Assembly (NCBI GenBank): GCA_964491475.1
Contig: CAZBFO010000005.1
Span: forward strand, 841 to 64,840
Length of the DNA: 64,000 bases
Origin: an uncultured Gammaproteobacteria bacterium
GTDB lineage: Bacteria; Patescibacteriota; Patescibacteriia; SG8-24
Reading direction: 5' to 3'
Position 1 is the first letter of the stretch. The number at the start of each line of letters is the position of its first letter. The position numbers were made by a program, and so were the translations under genes. This document shows, one piece after another, positions 9,301 to 17,165 of this stretch. Below the pieces are notes generated by a model. That model made no database searches. It saw nothing but the letters and a program-made list of their open reading frames with translations, and was not told the DNA's origin.

Positions 9301-12014
9301 TTCGCGACGGCCGTATCAAGGTAGCTCTGTTGCGGACCCGAATACACCAGCGTGCCGTCGGTGGGGCCGGTGGAGTAATCGCCGATCTTGCGCAACACCT
9401 TCACGCCCTGGAAGTCGATGGCGCTCGGATTGTTCCAGTTGAGCTGGATCTGCGAATCCCCCGGCGTCGCGGTCAGGTTGGTCACCGGTCCCGGCGGCGT
9501 GGTGTCGGCAGTTCCGGCCGGCGTGGCGTTGGCGATCGCGCCCGAGGAATAGTTGGGCACGTCGTCGTAGGCGAACACCGCGTAGTAATAGGTGACGCCG
9601 TTGGTGACGGTGAGGTCGATCTTCGAAGTGCCGCTGCCGGTGTACACCGGCGTGCCGTCGTTGGAATCGGTCGGATACGAAGTCGTCTTGCGGAGCATTT
9701 TCACGCCCACGAAGTCGGCATCGGTCGGATTTGTCCAGTTCAGGGTCACCTTCGAATCGCCCGGGGTTGCGGTCAGCCCGGAAACGTTCGCCGGCGGCGT
9801 AGTGTCCGCAAGCGTCGTGAAGGTGAAGTCGTTCGAGATGACCGTCTGGCTGCCGGTGTCCGTAGAAGAGACGCGGAAATGGTAGAGCTTTCCTTTGGTC
9901 AGGCCCGTCAGCACGATGGCATGACTGGTCGTCAAAGTGGCGCTGCTGGCAGTCGAGCCGTAGCTTGCCTGCAGGCCGTACTCCACGGTGGAGTCCGACA
10001 TGGTGCCCAGCGTGTCCCAAGTGATCGTCGCGCCCGTCTGCGTGATGGCCGTCGACTGGACGTTGGTGATGTCTGGCGGCGTGCCGTTGCAGATGTTGGC
10101 ATCGTGCAGGAAGTTGATGGTCTGCGGGTTGCCGGCACCGTCATGCGAATCGGACCACAGCAGCTGGTCCTTGCGGAGCACGCCGTGATAGTAGATTTCC
10201 GCGCGAACCACATGGTGCCACGACGAGCTTTCCGGCTGGGCGCTGAACAGCACTGCCGAGCAGTCGCGGTGATCGACATCAACGACCACGTCGTTGTAGT
10301 CGAAGTCGATGCCCTTGTCTTCGAAGCCGTAGCGGTCGATGCCCGGCGACAAGTGCGTCACCTGCACGTAATTGCCGCCGACCTTTCGCACGGTGCCGTC
10401 CGGATTGATGATGTACGGATAGAATTCGGTGGCGGTGCAGTCCACGTTGCAGGTGCCGGGGGCCGCCGCCAGCGTCTTGAAGGTCAGGTCCGCGGTGTTG
10501 GCGGAGTTGGAAGAGAGGTCCTTCGAGGTCAGCTTGTAATGATAGGTCGTGTCGGGGTTCAGGCCGGTCAGGTCGAAGCAGCGCGTCAGCGCATAGTTGG
10601 TGTCCGTCTTGGACTGGCCGTAGGCGTTGGTGATGCCGTAATCGATCAGCCCGTCGGCGGCCTCGTTCGTGTCCCAGCAGACGTGCGCCGACTCGCTGGT
10701 GATCGAGGTCACCTGAATGTTGCTGATGATCGGCGGAGTGGTGTCGGCCACGCAGGAAAGCTGCGTCACGAAGGTGGCGTCCGAGGTGAACGACTCGTTG
10801 GAAGCGGCATCGCCCGAACGCACGCGGTAATGGTACTGCGTGTTGGGCGTCAGGCCGGAAAGGATGACCGTGTGCGAAACCACCAGCGTGGCACTGCCGC
10901 TGGTCGAGGCGTACGGCGGACCGACGGGCAGGCCGTAGTCGACGTAGCTTGTCGAGTTTTCGTCGGTGGTCCAGGTGACGGTAGCCGAGCTGCACGCGGC
11001 GCTCACGTTCACGCTCGAGATGCTCGGCGGCGTGGTATCGGCCATCGAGAACGTCTGATCGCCGGAGCAGGCCTGGTTGTTCGAAGGATCCTTTGAGCAG
11101 ACCTGGTAATGATAGGTCGCGCCCTCGGTCAGCGAGCTAAGCGTCAAACAGTGGACCGCGATGTACGCGCCGTTCGATTGCTGGCTGCCGTAAGTATTCG
11201 TCAGTCCGTAATTGACCGTCGAGTCGGCGACCTCGTTGGTGTTCCAGCACACGTCGATGCTGTTGGTGGTCGCGTTCTGCGTGTGGATGTTGGTGATGAT
11301 CGGAGGGGTCACGTCCGCGCCGCCACCGCCGCCGCCGCCCGGCGGGGGTGCGCCGACCACCGTCGCCGTGATGGTCACGTCGCCGCTGTCGATGATGGAA
11401 ACGGCCATGCTGCAGATGTCGCCCGCCACCTGGCAGTCGCCCGCGCCGTCCAGCACGCCGATCGCGTAAGAACCCGCAGCCGACGGGTTCGTAAGCGTGC
11501 CGTTGGGTGCCGCACCGCCGACGGTGAACGTCACGAAAGCGCCCGCAGCGCTGCTCGTGAACGATCCGCCGCAGGGAATCACGCGGAAAACCAGACCTGC
11601 CGTATCCACCGCCACGCCTACGTTGTTGACACCGTCGGGGCAGACGACCGTAGAAACGGAAGGCCCCTGGTTGACGCCGGCGATGGTGCGGGCGGTACCG
11701 TCATTAAAGGAGAAGTCGGCTGCGGCCCACACGCCGCCCGTGGTGAACGCGCTGGTCTCCGGCAGGTCGATGGCGATCTTTTCGCCGGCCGCAAAGGTGT
11801 TGCCTCCGGACAGGTTAAAGGAGATGACGTGGTTGGCGGCAGCGCTGACGGCCTGGTTGGAGAGCTTATCCTGGCGGTTGGTGAGCTGCGCCGCGTAAAT
11901 GCGAACCACGACCGCGGTCGCCGCCACGATCAAAAACAAAGCCAAGCCCATCCACGCGTTCATGCGTCGAAGGCCCTTTGCGGCTTTGACTTTCTTTTCC
12001 CTACTCTCCTGCAT
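6336..12014 (-). CDS. Giant (1892 aa) multi-domain membrane/surface protein. It has an N-terminal signal-anchor, at least 7 Fn3-like domains (YHYQV/YHYRV/YHYKL/YHFRV motifs; three tandem TTPPGPV..LNW..GVKVLRK..YYY..AYD repeats) and a Cys-rich module. CarboxypepD_reg-like domains alternate with TM helices, and there is a Pro/Ala-rich C-terminal tail
   Basis: Single 1892-aa ORF. Domains were recognised by eye from the translation. TM segments lie at the N-terminus and at about residues 1395-1420 and 1545-1580, each followed by RRRRKQWGVVY.. or RKPKNWGIVYD.. and a DGRYxF..G.Y beta-sandwich motif. Confidence 0.75.
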   Translation of the reverse strand: MQESREKKVKAAKGLRRMNAWMGLALFLIVAATAVVVRIYAAQLTNRQDKLSNQAVSAAANHVISFNLSGGNTFAAGEKIAIDLPETSAFTTGGVWAAADFSFNDGTARTIAGVNQGPSVSTVVCPDGVNNVGVAVDTAGLVFRVIPCGGSFTSSAAGAFVTFTVGGAAPNGTLTNPSAAGSYAIGVLDGAGDCQVAGDICSMAVSIIDSGDVTITATVVGAPPPGGGGGGGADVTPPIITNIHTQNATTNSIDVCWNTNEVADSTVNYGLTNTYGSQQSNGAYIAVHCLTLSSLTEGATYHYQVCSKDPSNNQACSGDQTFSMADTTPPSISSVNVSAACSSATVTWTTDENSTSYVDYGLPVGPPYASTSGSATLVVSHTVILSGLTPNTQYHYRVRSGDAASNESFTSDATFVTQLSCVADTTPPIISNIQVTSITSESAHVCWDTNEAADGLIDYGITNAYGQSKTDTNYALTRCFDLTGLNPDTTYHYKLTSKDLSSNSANTADLTFKTLAAAPGTCNVDCTATEFYPYIINPDGTVRKVGGNYVQVTHLSPGIDRYGFEDKGIDFDYNDVVVDVDHRDCSAVLFSAQPESSSWHHVVRAEIYYHGVLRKDQLLWSDSHDGAGNPQTINFLHDANICNGTPPDITNVQSTAITQTGATITWDTLGTMSDSTVEYGLQASYGSTASSATLTTSHAIVLTGLTKGKLYHFRVSSTDTGSQTVISNDFTFTTLADTTPPANVSGLTATPGDSKVTLNWTNPTDADFVGVKMLRKTTSYPTDSNDGTPVYTGSGTSKIDLTVTNGVTYYYAVFAYDDVPNYSSGAIANATPAGTADTTPPGPVTNLTATPGDSQIQLNWNNPSAIDFQGVKVLRKIGDYSTGPTDGTLVYSGPQQSYLDTAVANGTLYFYTLYAYDAVPNYSTPAQAQATPAGGDHVPPGPVTLLTATAGDAQVQLTWHNPSDADWAGTRVVRKTGSNPSGPNDGTVVFDGIGDNKMDNGVTNGTKYYYGAFAYDNVLNYASGAFDDATPLANLPPPVGPSCSDSDGGKNYDLQGTVSFNGGQTETDSCADEATLLERYCDEANQHQTETHACGGGFKCSAGKCVPSNAPPSTEICGNGICAGEENSLNCPADCPIVPQEPPVEVPKPTVSSDIKLTPDALRYFATSGKIQLRMQGGVLNYYSSSVFTVMIPDPSIKHEIDSAFINFNNAGYVMRQTASYEATVTTPSTSADYPMDVIVKYKDGGSDSVHFIVRTVPRPRVLDDNGNAPLAGARVTLMIDNGGGNFGLWDGGTSSQQNPQITDADGRFGYILPIGSYKLIVERDEYATKTTLPFPLATENVLRNDVKLIKLPPKDDVIANVSFAAKIAADAVADFAGNAYVKQNAQDIAAPAATVATVANVAAAGVATATVVPYLLYLWSLLAHPFMLIARRRRKQWGVVYNSLSKLPIDLAIVRLLDAKTGRVVRSAVTDKDGRYFFIVQAGTYKMIAVKTSYVFPSDVLRGMKEDAKFIDLYHGEIIEVTKETTITANVPLDPVSVEKTPRRILLEGIARRLQKSLGVITILAMAVATALSPTPTMFAMFGANVIMYLLFRRLSITRKPKNWGIVYDDKSKKPLSNVVARIFDTRFNKLLETQVTDVRGRYAFLVGQNTYYVTFEKPGYQKQQKGPVNLIDTKEKGMHVVAVDVHLPRTEGGATPAAGAVVKPPAVPSADPGTPSGPPTDGGERISTSLPAMPPQPAGLALRTPVKSIETPIAPPVAPAPAAPAAAVPSPVAPAAAQPEMPKAEPVAEGESYEAKMLARLKKMTTGSKPEASPPTTGDDGIKVMPKPGEIPKKDSNVQTSVDKAAPTPVIKHESAAELLKELKDEASGAQNGRLLPDADQAHPEEKKTE

Positions 12015-12126
12015 ATTTTTCCCTGAAAGACCCCGCGGCCGCCCCTCTTATAAAGAGGAGCGCTCGCGGAGCGTGGAGGAGGGCCGTTCCCGCCTCCACA
12101 CTCTAAACTCTAAACTTTCAACTCTT

Positions 12127-13131
12127 TTACTGCTTCTTAGTCTTCCTCTCGTAGCGGCGAATGACCGCCTTGTTGTACCCCTTCATGCCGACCGTGAAGA
12201 ACAGGATGACGATGAGCAGCGCGAGGCCGACCAGCGTCATCATTCTCCAAGGCCAAACGGTGAAGGTGCGCACTTCCGAGAGCGTCTGGTTGTTGGAGCC
12301 GTAGTTCACGAACAGCGTGGCCTCGTACCTGCCGAAGCCGAAGTTGTTCCACTCGTTGGCCAGCTGGGTAAAGAACCCTCCCTCCTTCGGCTTGCCCGCG
12401 CCCCATCCGAAGGTGAACTTGCGGATGCTGTGCGGCAGTACGGAGCCGAACTGGTCGTTCACCTTGATGGAGGCCACCTGGCGGCCGTACCAGTTCTTGA
12501 TGAAGACGTTACCGGCGGGGCGAAGGTTGGTGTTGCCGTCGTTTTCGAACCGCATGAACATGTCGATCGGCAGCGTGTTGTACCAGAGCTTCTTGTCCTT
12601 GAAGGTGAAGTCGAGGATGCGGCCGGTCTCGTTCAGGTCGCCGCTGACGTTGACGAAGATCAGCGAGCCGAGCTTGGTTTCCACGCCGACCTCACCACCC
12701 TTAGGATCCGCCTTGCCGCTGGCCATCAGCACCGCGCCGTAGTGAGCGCCAGGCTGGGCGTCCTTGGGAATGTTGATGGCAATCGGGATGTTGGCGCGTT
12801 CCTTGGGAGCGAGCGTGTAGGTCTTGCTGGGATCGGTGATCGTGATCCACCTGGCAAGGTCGGTGCCGTCGCGCTTTTCATTCGGCGGATAGAACACCGG
12901 AATGCCGTTTTCCTCACCCTCGATGCTAGTGAAGTTCATCACCTGCACGTGGAACGTGTTCGGAGAGGTGTCCTCGTTGTACACCTTGACCACGTCCAGC
13001 ACGGTGTCGCCGGGATTCAGACGGTAGTCGACGTACGGCGGCGAGATGGTCAGCGCTTGGGCCGAAAGTGCGGGCATGAGCGTTACCAATACCGTGGCTG
13101 CTGTGGCGACTTTTGCGAGAAACTTCTTCAT
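12127..13131 (-). CDS. Secreted protein with C-terminal TM anchor and basic tail; DUF916/DUF3324 (CscA)-like cell-surface protein
   Basis: Probable start is MKKFLAKVATAATVLVTLMPALSAQA (signal peptide). The architecture matches DUF916 proteins of WxL/Csc clusters: about 300-aa ectodomain, motif INIPKDAQPGAHYGAVLMAS, C-terminal TM (WRMMTLVGLALLIVILFFTV) and a KR-rich tail. The family assignment is from memory, not from a search. Confidence 0.55.
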   Translation of the reverse strand: MKKFLAKVATAATVLVTLMPALSAQALTISPPYVDYRLNPGDTVLDVVKVYNEDTSPNTFHVQVMNFTSIEGEENGIPVFYPPNEKRDGTDLARWITITDPSKTYTLAPKERANIPIAINIPKDAQPGAHYGAVLMASGKADPKGGEVGVETKLGSLIFVNVSGDLNETGRILDFTFKDKKLWYNTLPIDMFMRFENDGNTNLRPAGNVFIKNWYGRQVASIKVNDQFGSVLPHSIRKFTFGWGAGKPKEGGFFTQLANEWNNFGFGRYEATLFVNYGSNNQTLSEVRTFTVWPWRMMTLVGLALLIVILFFTVGMKGYNKAVIRRYERKTKKQ

Positions 13132-13234
13132 AACGTCGTTACAAGAATAAAATCTTCCTTTTCGACCGTGGCAGCTAATCTCCACGGGAGAGTCCCCCTC
13201 CCCGGAGGGAGAGAGGGAGCTCGTCCCGCAAAGA

Positions 13235-14275
13235 CTAGAAGGTGCCCGTGGCCACGAAGGTCAGGACGTCCGTGTAGTCGTTGTGTGCAGCGGTCAACGA
13301 ATTGGCGTTGGCGTTGACGATGATCTCGCCGACACCCGTGCCGACCGGACCGCCGGCCGTGTTCAGGATGTTCGTCGGAGTCAAGGTCGAGAGCGCCTTA
13401 ACGTCGTTCGTGGTACCGCCCGGAGCGCAGGTGCCCGCGTTATACGGGGAAGCTGCCTGGAACGTACCAGTGGTCGCCGACGGCGGTGTGACCGTGTTCA
13501 CGCACAGGCCGTAGTTGGCGTTGGCGCTAGCCATCGCAGCTGCGGCGTTCGGGATCGTGTCCAACGGAGCCGAGGTCGACTTGAGCGCGGCATTCAACGA
13601 GAGAACTGTCACGACTGCGCCGCTTGAGGCGTTTGTCGAGAGGTTCGCCCAGATGCTGTCGATTGCCGCGTTGTCCGACGACTTCACCGTGCCCGGAGTG
13701 AGCACTCCGAACGGTACGTCATACACGGGACCCTCGGACGCGTTATTCAGGTTGGCGTTGAGGTCGAACGTGATTGACGGGTCGACCGTCGCGGTGACAG
13801 TCACCTGGTCGCTGTCATCAAGAGCGACAGCGAACGTGCCGGTGGTGGCAGCGGTACCGGTGATGGTGACCGTGCGGCTACCTGCAGTCGTGTCGTCGTT
13901 GGTGGCTGCCGCTTCGGTGATCGTAGCGACGTCGCCAGCCGCACAACCAGTGGTCGTGACTTTGAGGACGTTGCTAGCCGAGGTGTTGTCGGCAATCGTG
14001 CCGCCCGAAGGAGTGCAAGTACCCGTGGCAGTGGCAGGGAAAGTCCAGCCAGCGCCGACGTTCTGGTACGTGAAGTCCAAGTTGCCATTAACGAAGGACG
14101 CGGGAAGCGTCAGCGTGACGGTGTGGTCTGACGTCGCGCCGAGAGCCTGGCGGCTCAAGGTGTCCGACATCAGCGTTGCGTTATCGGCCATTGCCGGGGA
14201 AACGGCGGCGAACATGGCGAGCATGGTCGCGGCGGCCGTAACCTTGGCGCCGAATTTCATGAATTTGTTCTGCAT
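13235..14275 (-). CDS. Secreted Thr/Ala/Gly-rich surface protein with conserved C-terminal motif DYTDVLTFVATGTF (WxL-like, F replacing W); paralogue of 15037..15891
   Basis: N-terminal signal peptide (MKFGAKVTAAATMLAMFAAVSPAMA), low-complexity T/A/G-rich body, C-terminus shared with the neighbouring paralogue. Confidence 0.55.
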   Translation of the reverse strand: MQNKFMKFGAKVTAAATMLAMFAAVSPAMADNATLMSDTLSRQALGATSDHTVTLTLPASFVNGNLDFTYQNVGAGWTFPATATGTCTPSGGTIADNTSASNVLKVTTTGCAAGDVATITEAAATNDDTTAGSRTVTITGTAATTGTFAVALDDSDQVTVTATVDPSITFDLNANLNNASEGPVYDVPFGVLTPGTVKSSDNAAIDSIWANLSTNASSGAVVTVLSLNAALKSTSAPLDTIPNAAAAMASANANYGLCVNTVTPPSATTGTFQAASPYNAGTCAPGGTTNDVKALSTLTPTNILNTAGGPVGTGVGEIIVNANANSLTAAHNDYTDVLTFVATGTF

Positions 14276-14637
14276 GTTTTTAGTCCTTTATGCCAGTCTG
14301 CTGCACCGGGTTAGAAACGCTTGCCACAATTGGGTTGTGGGCGTAGCCACCTGGCGTGGCCAGATGACTAGCCAATCCTCCACTCTCGAGCTATGGAAGA
14401 CCGGAGTAGATGCCAAGCGTGATGCAGAGCTGGTTGTTAATGTGACTAGAACTCGTCCGTACCTTCCCGCGTAGAGAAAGTGCATTTAGTCATTCTCCCG
14501 GACAGAATCGAAGAGGTCCTACACCCTCCGAGATGCATTAGAGATGACGTATCGACCTTTAATTCCGGTCGGTCCATTGCTGAACCAACCATAAACCGCG
14601 GGGCATTCCCCCCGCGCCCCTCCACACGCCAGTCCGG

Positions 14638-14660
14638 TAATCCACACCAACTGTGGATAA
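14638..14660. promoter_or_regulatory. Inverted pair of DnaA-box 9-mers (TAATCCACA ccaac TGTGGATAA)
   Basis: Lies in the 761-bp ORF-less spacer between the two WxL-like paralogues and is preceded by a cgcgggg-cattcc-ccccgcg hairpin. Confidence 0.45.
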
Positions 14661-15036
14661 CCTGTGTCTGACCTGTGAAGAAGTGCGGAGGCATGCCTTT
14701 AAGAGCAACGCCGCGTCGCTGCTATACACGTCGCAAACCTATCGAGTTGTGAGAGCGCGGCCGACGAGTCCGATGACCATTGCGGTCGTCGTGAACTCGA
14801 CCAGAAGCCGGAACAACTTGATTTTTGTTTTTTTGCACATACGAGCCTTCTGCCGGTTAAGGCTAAGTTCTCCGTGCCTAAAAACTGCGACCTTTTCGCG
14901 CCCCTTTTGTGGAGGGGCGGGGCCGATCCCAGAGCCATGCTTCTCTTGGATCGACCTCGCACCTTCACTTGTCATTTGTCTACGCTTTTCTGGACAACCG
15001 CTTGTTGCTCGATGCCGCTCATTCGCGGCCCCGTCG

Positions 15037-15891
15037 CTAGTACGTCGCAGTCCCAATGAACGTCAACGTGTCTGTGTAGTCGCTCCCTGCAGCCGTACCG
15101 TTGCTGATCGCTGCTTTGACGAACACTTCTGCCTGTCCGCCAAGCAACTTGCCGGTGGAAGAAAGCACCGTATTCGCCGTCGTCGATACGAGACCAACGT
15201 TGTGGGCACTTGTCGTACAGGTGCTGGCGTAGGGCGAAATCGGATTAAACGTGGTCGGGCTGGCTCCGTCCTGGGTTGCATTGGCCACGCAAATGCCGAA
15301 GCCGGCCGCACCAGGTGTAAGCAGGGCTGTCGCCGAAGAAATCAAATCTGCCGTCGAGACCCGCTTCAGGCCATTGTTGTTATCGACAACGGTCACGATG
15401 GTCCCGCCCGCGCCGTTGCTTTCGGCATTGATGAACACGGAGTTGATGGTGCTGTTATCACTAGTGTTTACCGATCCTGTCGTCAGCGTAGCGAGAGCCA
15501 CTCCTGCGCCGGCCGTACCGGGCGCGGAAGTCCCCTCCTTCACGGACATCGTGATGTACGGCACGTTTGAACCGAAACACTGAAAACCGGAACAGGTCTT
15601 GAAGTTCGCGCTGCTCAAATTTTCACCGGTGGCCAAATCGCCGAGCGTATCGTTGGCTTTGTAGCTCGCCGAGCTGCTGTTGCCGCCACCTTGGCTCAAC
15701 ACATCTTGCTGCACCTTGTAGCTGGCTGAACTCATCGTTTCTGCGAACGCAAACTCACTCGTAGGAAGTACGAGTGCGATAACCACAAAAACCGCAGTTA
15801 GCGTTTGGCGAGTCTTAAGCCCAAGCATGGATGGCTCAAAGATAACTTGCCTTATGACGGTATTGTAACATTTTTTTGTCCCTTTGTCCAA
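15037..15891 (-). CDS. Secreted Thr/Ala/Ser-rich surface protein with conserved C-terminal motif DYTDTLTFIGTATY (WxL-like); paralogue of 13235..14275
   Basis: Signal peptide/TM near the N-terminus (TLTAVFVVIALVLPTSEFAFA). The true start is probably internal, at about 15828 (MLGLKT..). The C-terminal 14 aa are conserved with the paralogue. Confidence 0.55.
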   Translation of the reverse strand: MDKGTKKCYNTVIRQVIFEPSMLGLKTRQTLTAVFVVIALVLPTSEFAFAETMSSASYKVQQDVLSQGGGNSSSASYKANDTLGDLATGENLSSANFKTCSGFQCFGSNVPYITMSVKEGTSAPGTAGAGVALATLTTGSVNTSDNSTINSVFINAESNGAGGTIVTVVDNNNGLKRVSTADLISSATALLTPGAAGFGICVANATQDGASPTTFNPISPYASTCTTSAHNVGLVSTTANTVLSSTGKLLGGQAEVFVKAAISNGTAAGSDYTDTLTFIGTATY

Positions 15892-16024
15892 GCTGAAACG
15901 TGGCTAATGTTAGCCTAAAAAAAGGCAATTTCGCCTCAATTTTTACTTATCAACAGAACCGAGGAGACGATTAAGCTCAATGACTATTTAAGTTGTTCAC
16001 ATAATTGGGTACATATTCACACTT

Positions 16025-16685
16025 TTATCCACATTTAAAATTTAACCTTTATTTATTGGGTTTTTTTATCCACACAGCTTGTGTACATGTGTGAATTTGT
16101 GGGAATAACTTTGGATTCTCTTTTAAAATTGGTGAAAAATGGCACCGATGGTGTCGGCAGATCTTCTGCTTTCGTTGCTTTTCATACACAGGTCTGGATT
16201 TCATTCACAATGCTATTAGAAATGGACTATGTTGCAGCAAGTCACACCGCGATCAAATCGGCGGATTTCTCTTAATAGGCGCAATGGTCTGCTTTGTTGT
16301 ACCCGACTTACATGAAGTACTATTTGTCGCTGTATAAGCCATTTATTTAGCGTCGCATAATTAATGACAGTAATTTTAATGTAATACGCACCATTTATAG
16401 AAACGCTGCCTCGTTTTCATTTTGTTTCACGTGAAACACATTTTGTGACTGGTAAAATGCACTACAATATAATCTCCAACTGACAAAAAATATGGTCCAT
16501 TTAAATATGCCCGTGCAATTAATCTTCAAAAAGTCGGCATGTCTGTTCCACGTGAAACATCCATAATCCACATATTTGACCCACTTATCACCATAAGTAG
16601 CATAGTTATCCACAGGTAATGCACCAAAAATGGCTGCTCGAAGAATTCATCCACAGCAAAAGGATTAGACATAAACATATCCACT
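16025..16685. promoter_or_regulatory. Cluster of DnaA-box 9-mers in a 1.3-kb AT-rich ORF-less island
   Basis: Perfect TTATCCACA at 16025-16033, 16066-16074 and 16606-16614. One-mismatch boxes lie at 16564-16572 (TAATCCACA), 16648-16656 (TCATCCACA) and 16923-16931 (TGTGGATAC); ATATCCACT at 16677-16685 has two mismatches. Confidence 0.55.
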
Positions 16686-16737
16686 CCCCTTTTCATACCC
16701 TCTAAAATCTGTTACACTCCGATACACGTCCATATAT

Positions 16738-16812
16738 GCCCTTGTAGTTCAATGGATAGAACAGATCCGTCCTAAGGATAAAATGGGGGTTCGATTCCCT
16801 CCGGGGGCACCA
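16738..16812 (+). tRNA. tRNA-Arg (anticodon CCT), CCA encoded
   Basis: Manual fold: acceptor GCCCTTG/CGGGGGC (2 G-U), D arm GTTC-AATGGATA-GAAC, anticodon arm GATCC-GTCCTAA-GGATA (one mismatch), T arm GGGGG-TTCGATT-CCCTC, discriminator A, then CCA. The T-loop GTTCGATTC is canonical. The anticodon call is less certain than the existence of the tRNA. Confidence 0.55.
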
Positions 16813-16933
16813 CAGAAACCAACTCTTCGTCGGCGGTAGACAAAAAGTGCATAACTCGTGAACAAAATGTGCATACACTAATCTCGACAGCAGATATTTC
16901 GCATAGTAAGCTAAAGTCCGCTGTGGATACTGT

Positions 16934-17009
16934 GGGCCAGTAGCTCATCTGGTAGAGCGCTGCATTCGCATTGCAGAGGTGAGGAGTTCGAGTCTCCTCT
17001 GGTCCACCA
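16934..17009 (+). tRNA. tRNA-Ala (anticodon CGC), CCA encoded
   Basis: Manual fold: acceptor GGGCCAG/CTGGTCC with G3-U70 wobble (Ala identity element), D arm GCTC-ATCTGGTA-GAGC, anticodon arm CTGCA-TTCGCAT-TGCAG, T arm AGGAG-TTCGAGT-CTCCT, then ACCA. Confidence 0.85.
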
Positions 17010-17010
17010 C

Positions 17011-17040
17011 AAAACACCCATCGTGATGATGGGTGTTTTG
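17011..17040 (+). terminator. Rho-independent terminator after tRNA-Ala
   Basis: aaaacacccatc-gtga-tgatgggtgtttt hairpin followed by T-run. Confidence 0.6.
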
Positions 17041-17165
17041 TCATTCCATATTTGCACGATCTCGCTAGAACCAAATAAACATTATTTGGCTATATTTAGC
17101 TAATAATATGTGTCGTACAATACAATTTCGGCGATTCAACCAAACTAGGCTATACTACTGCCGTT

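Noticed and set aside
7740-12026. Plus-strand ORFs 7740..8948, 9135..11096 and 11109..12026 opposite the 1892-aa gene
   Set aside because: Arg/Gly/Val-rich shadow ORFs; the minus-strand frame has clear Fn3 and CarboxypepD_reg domain structure.
16081-16091. GTGTACATGTG (also at 52739) as a second LexA-type box
   Set aside because: It does not reproduce the TGTAC-N4-GTACA dyad, and it sits among DnaA boxes rather than upstream of DNA-repair genes.
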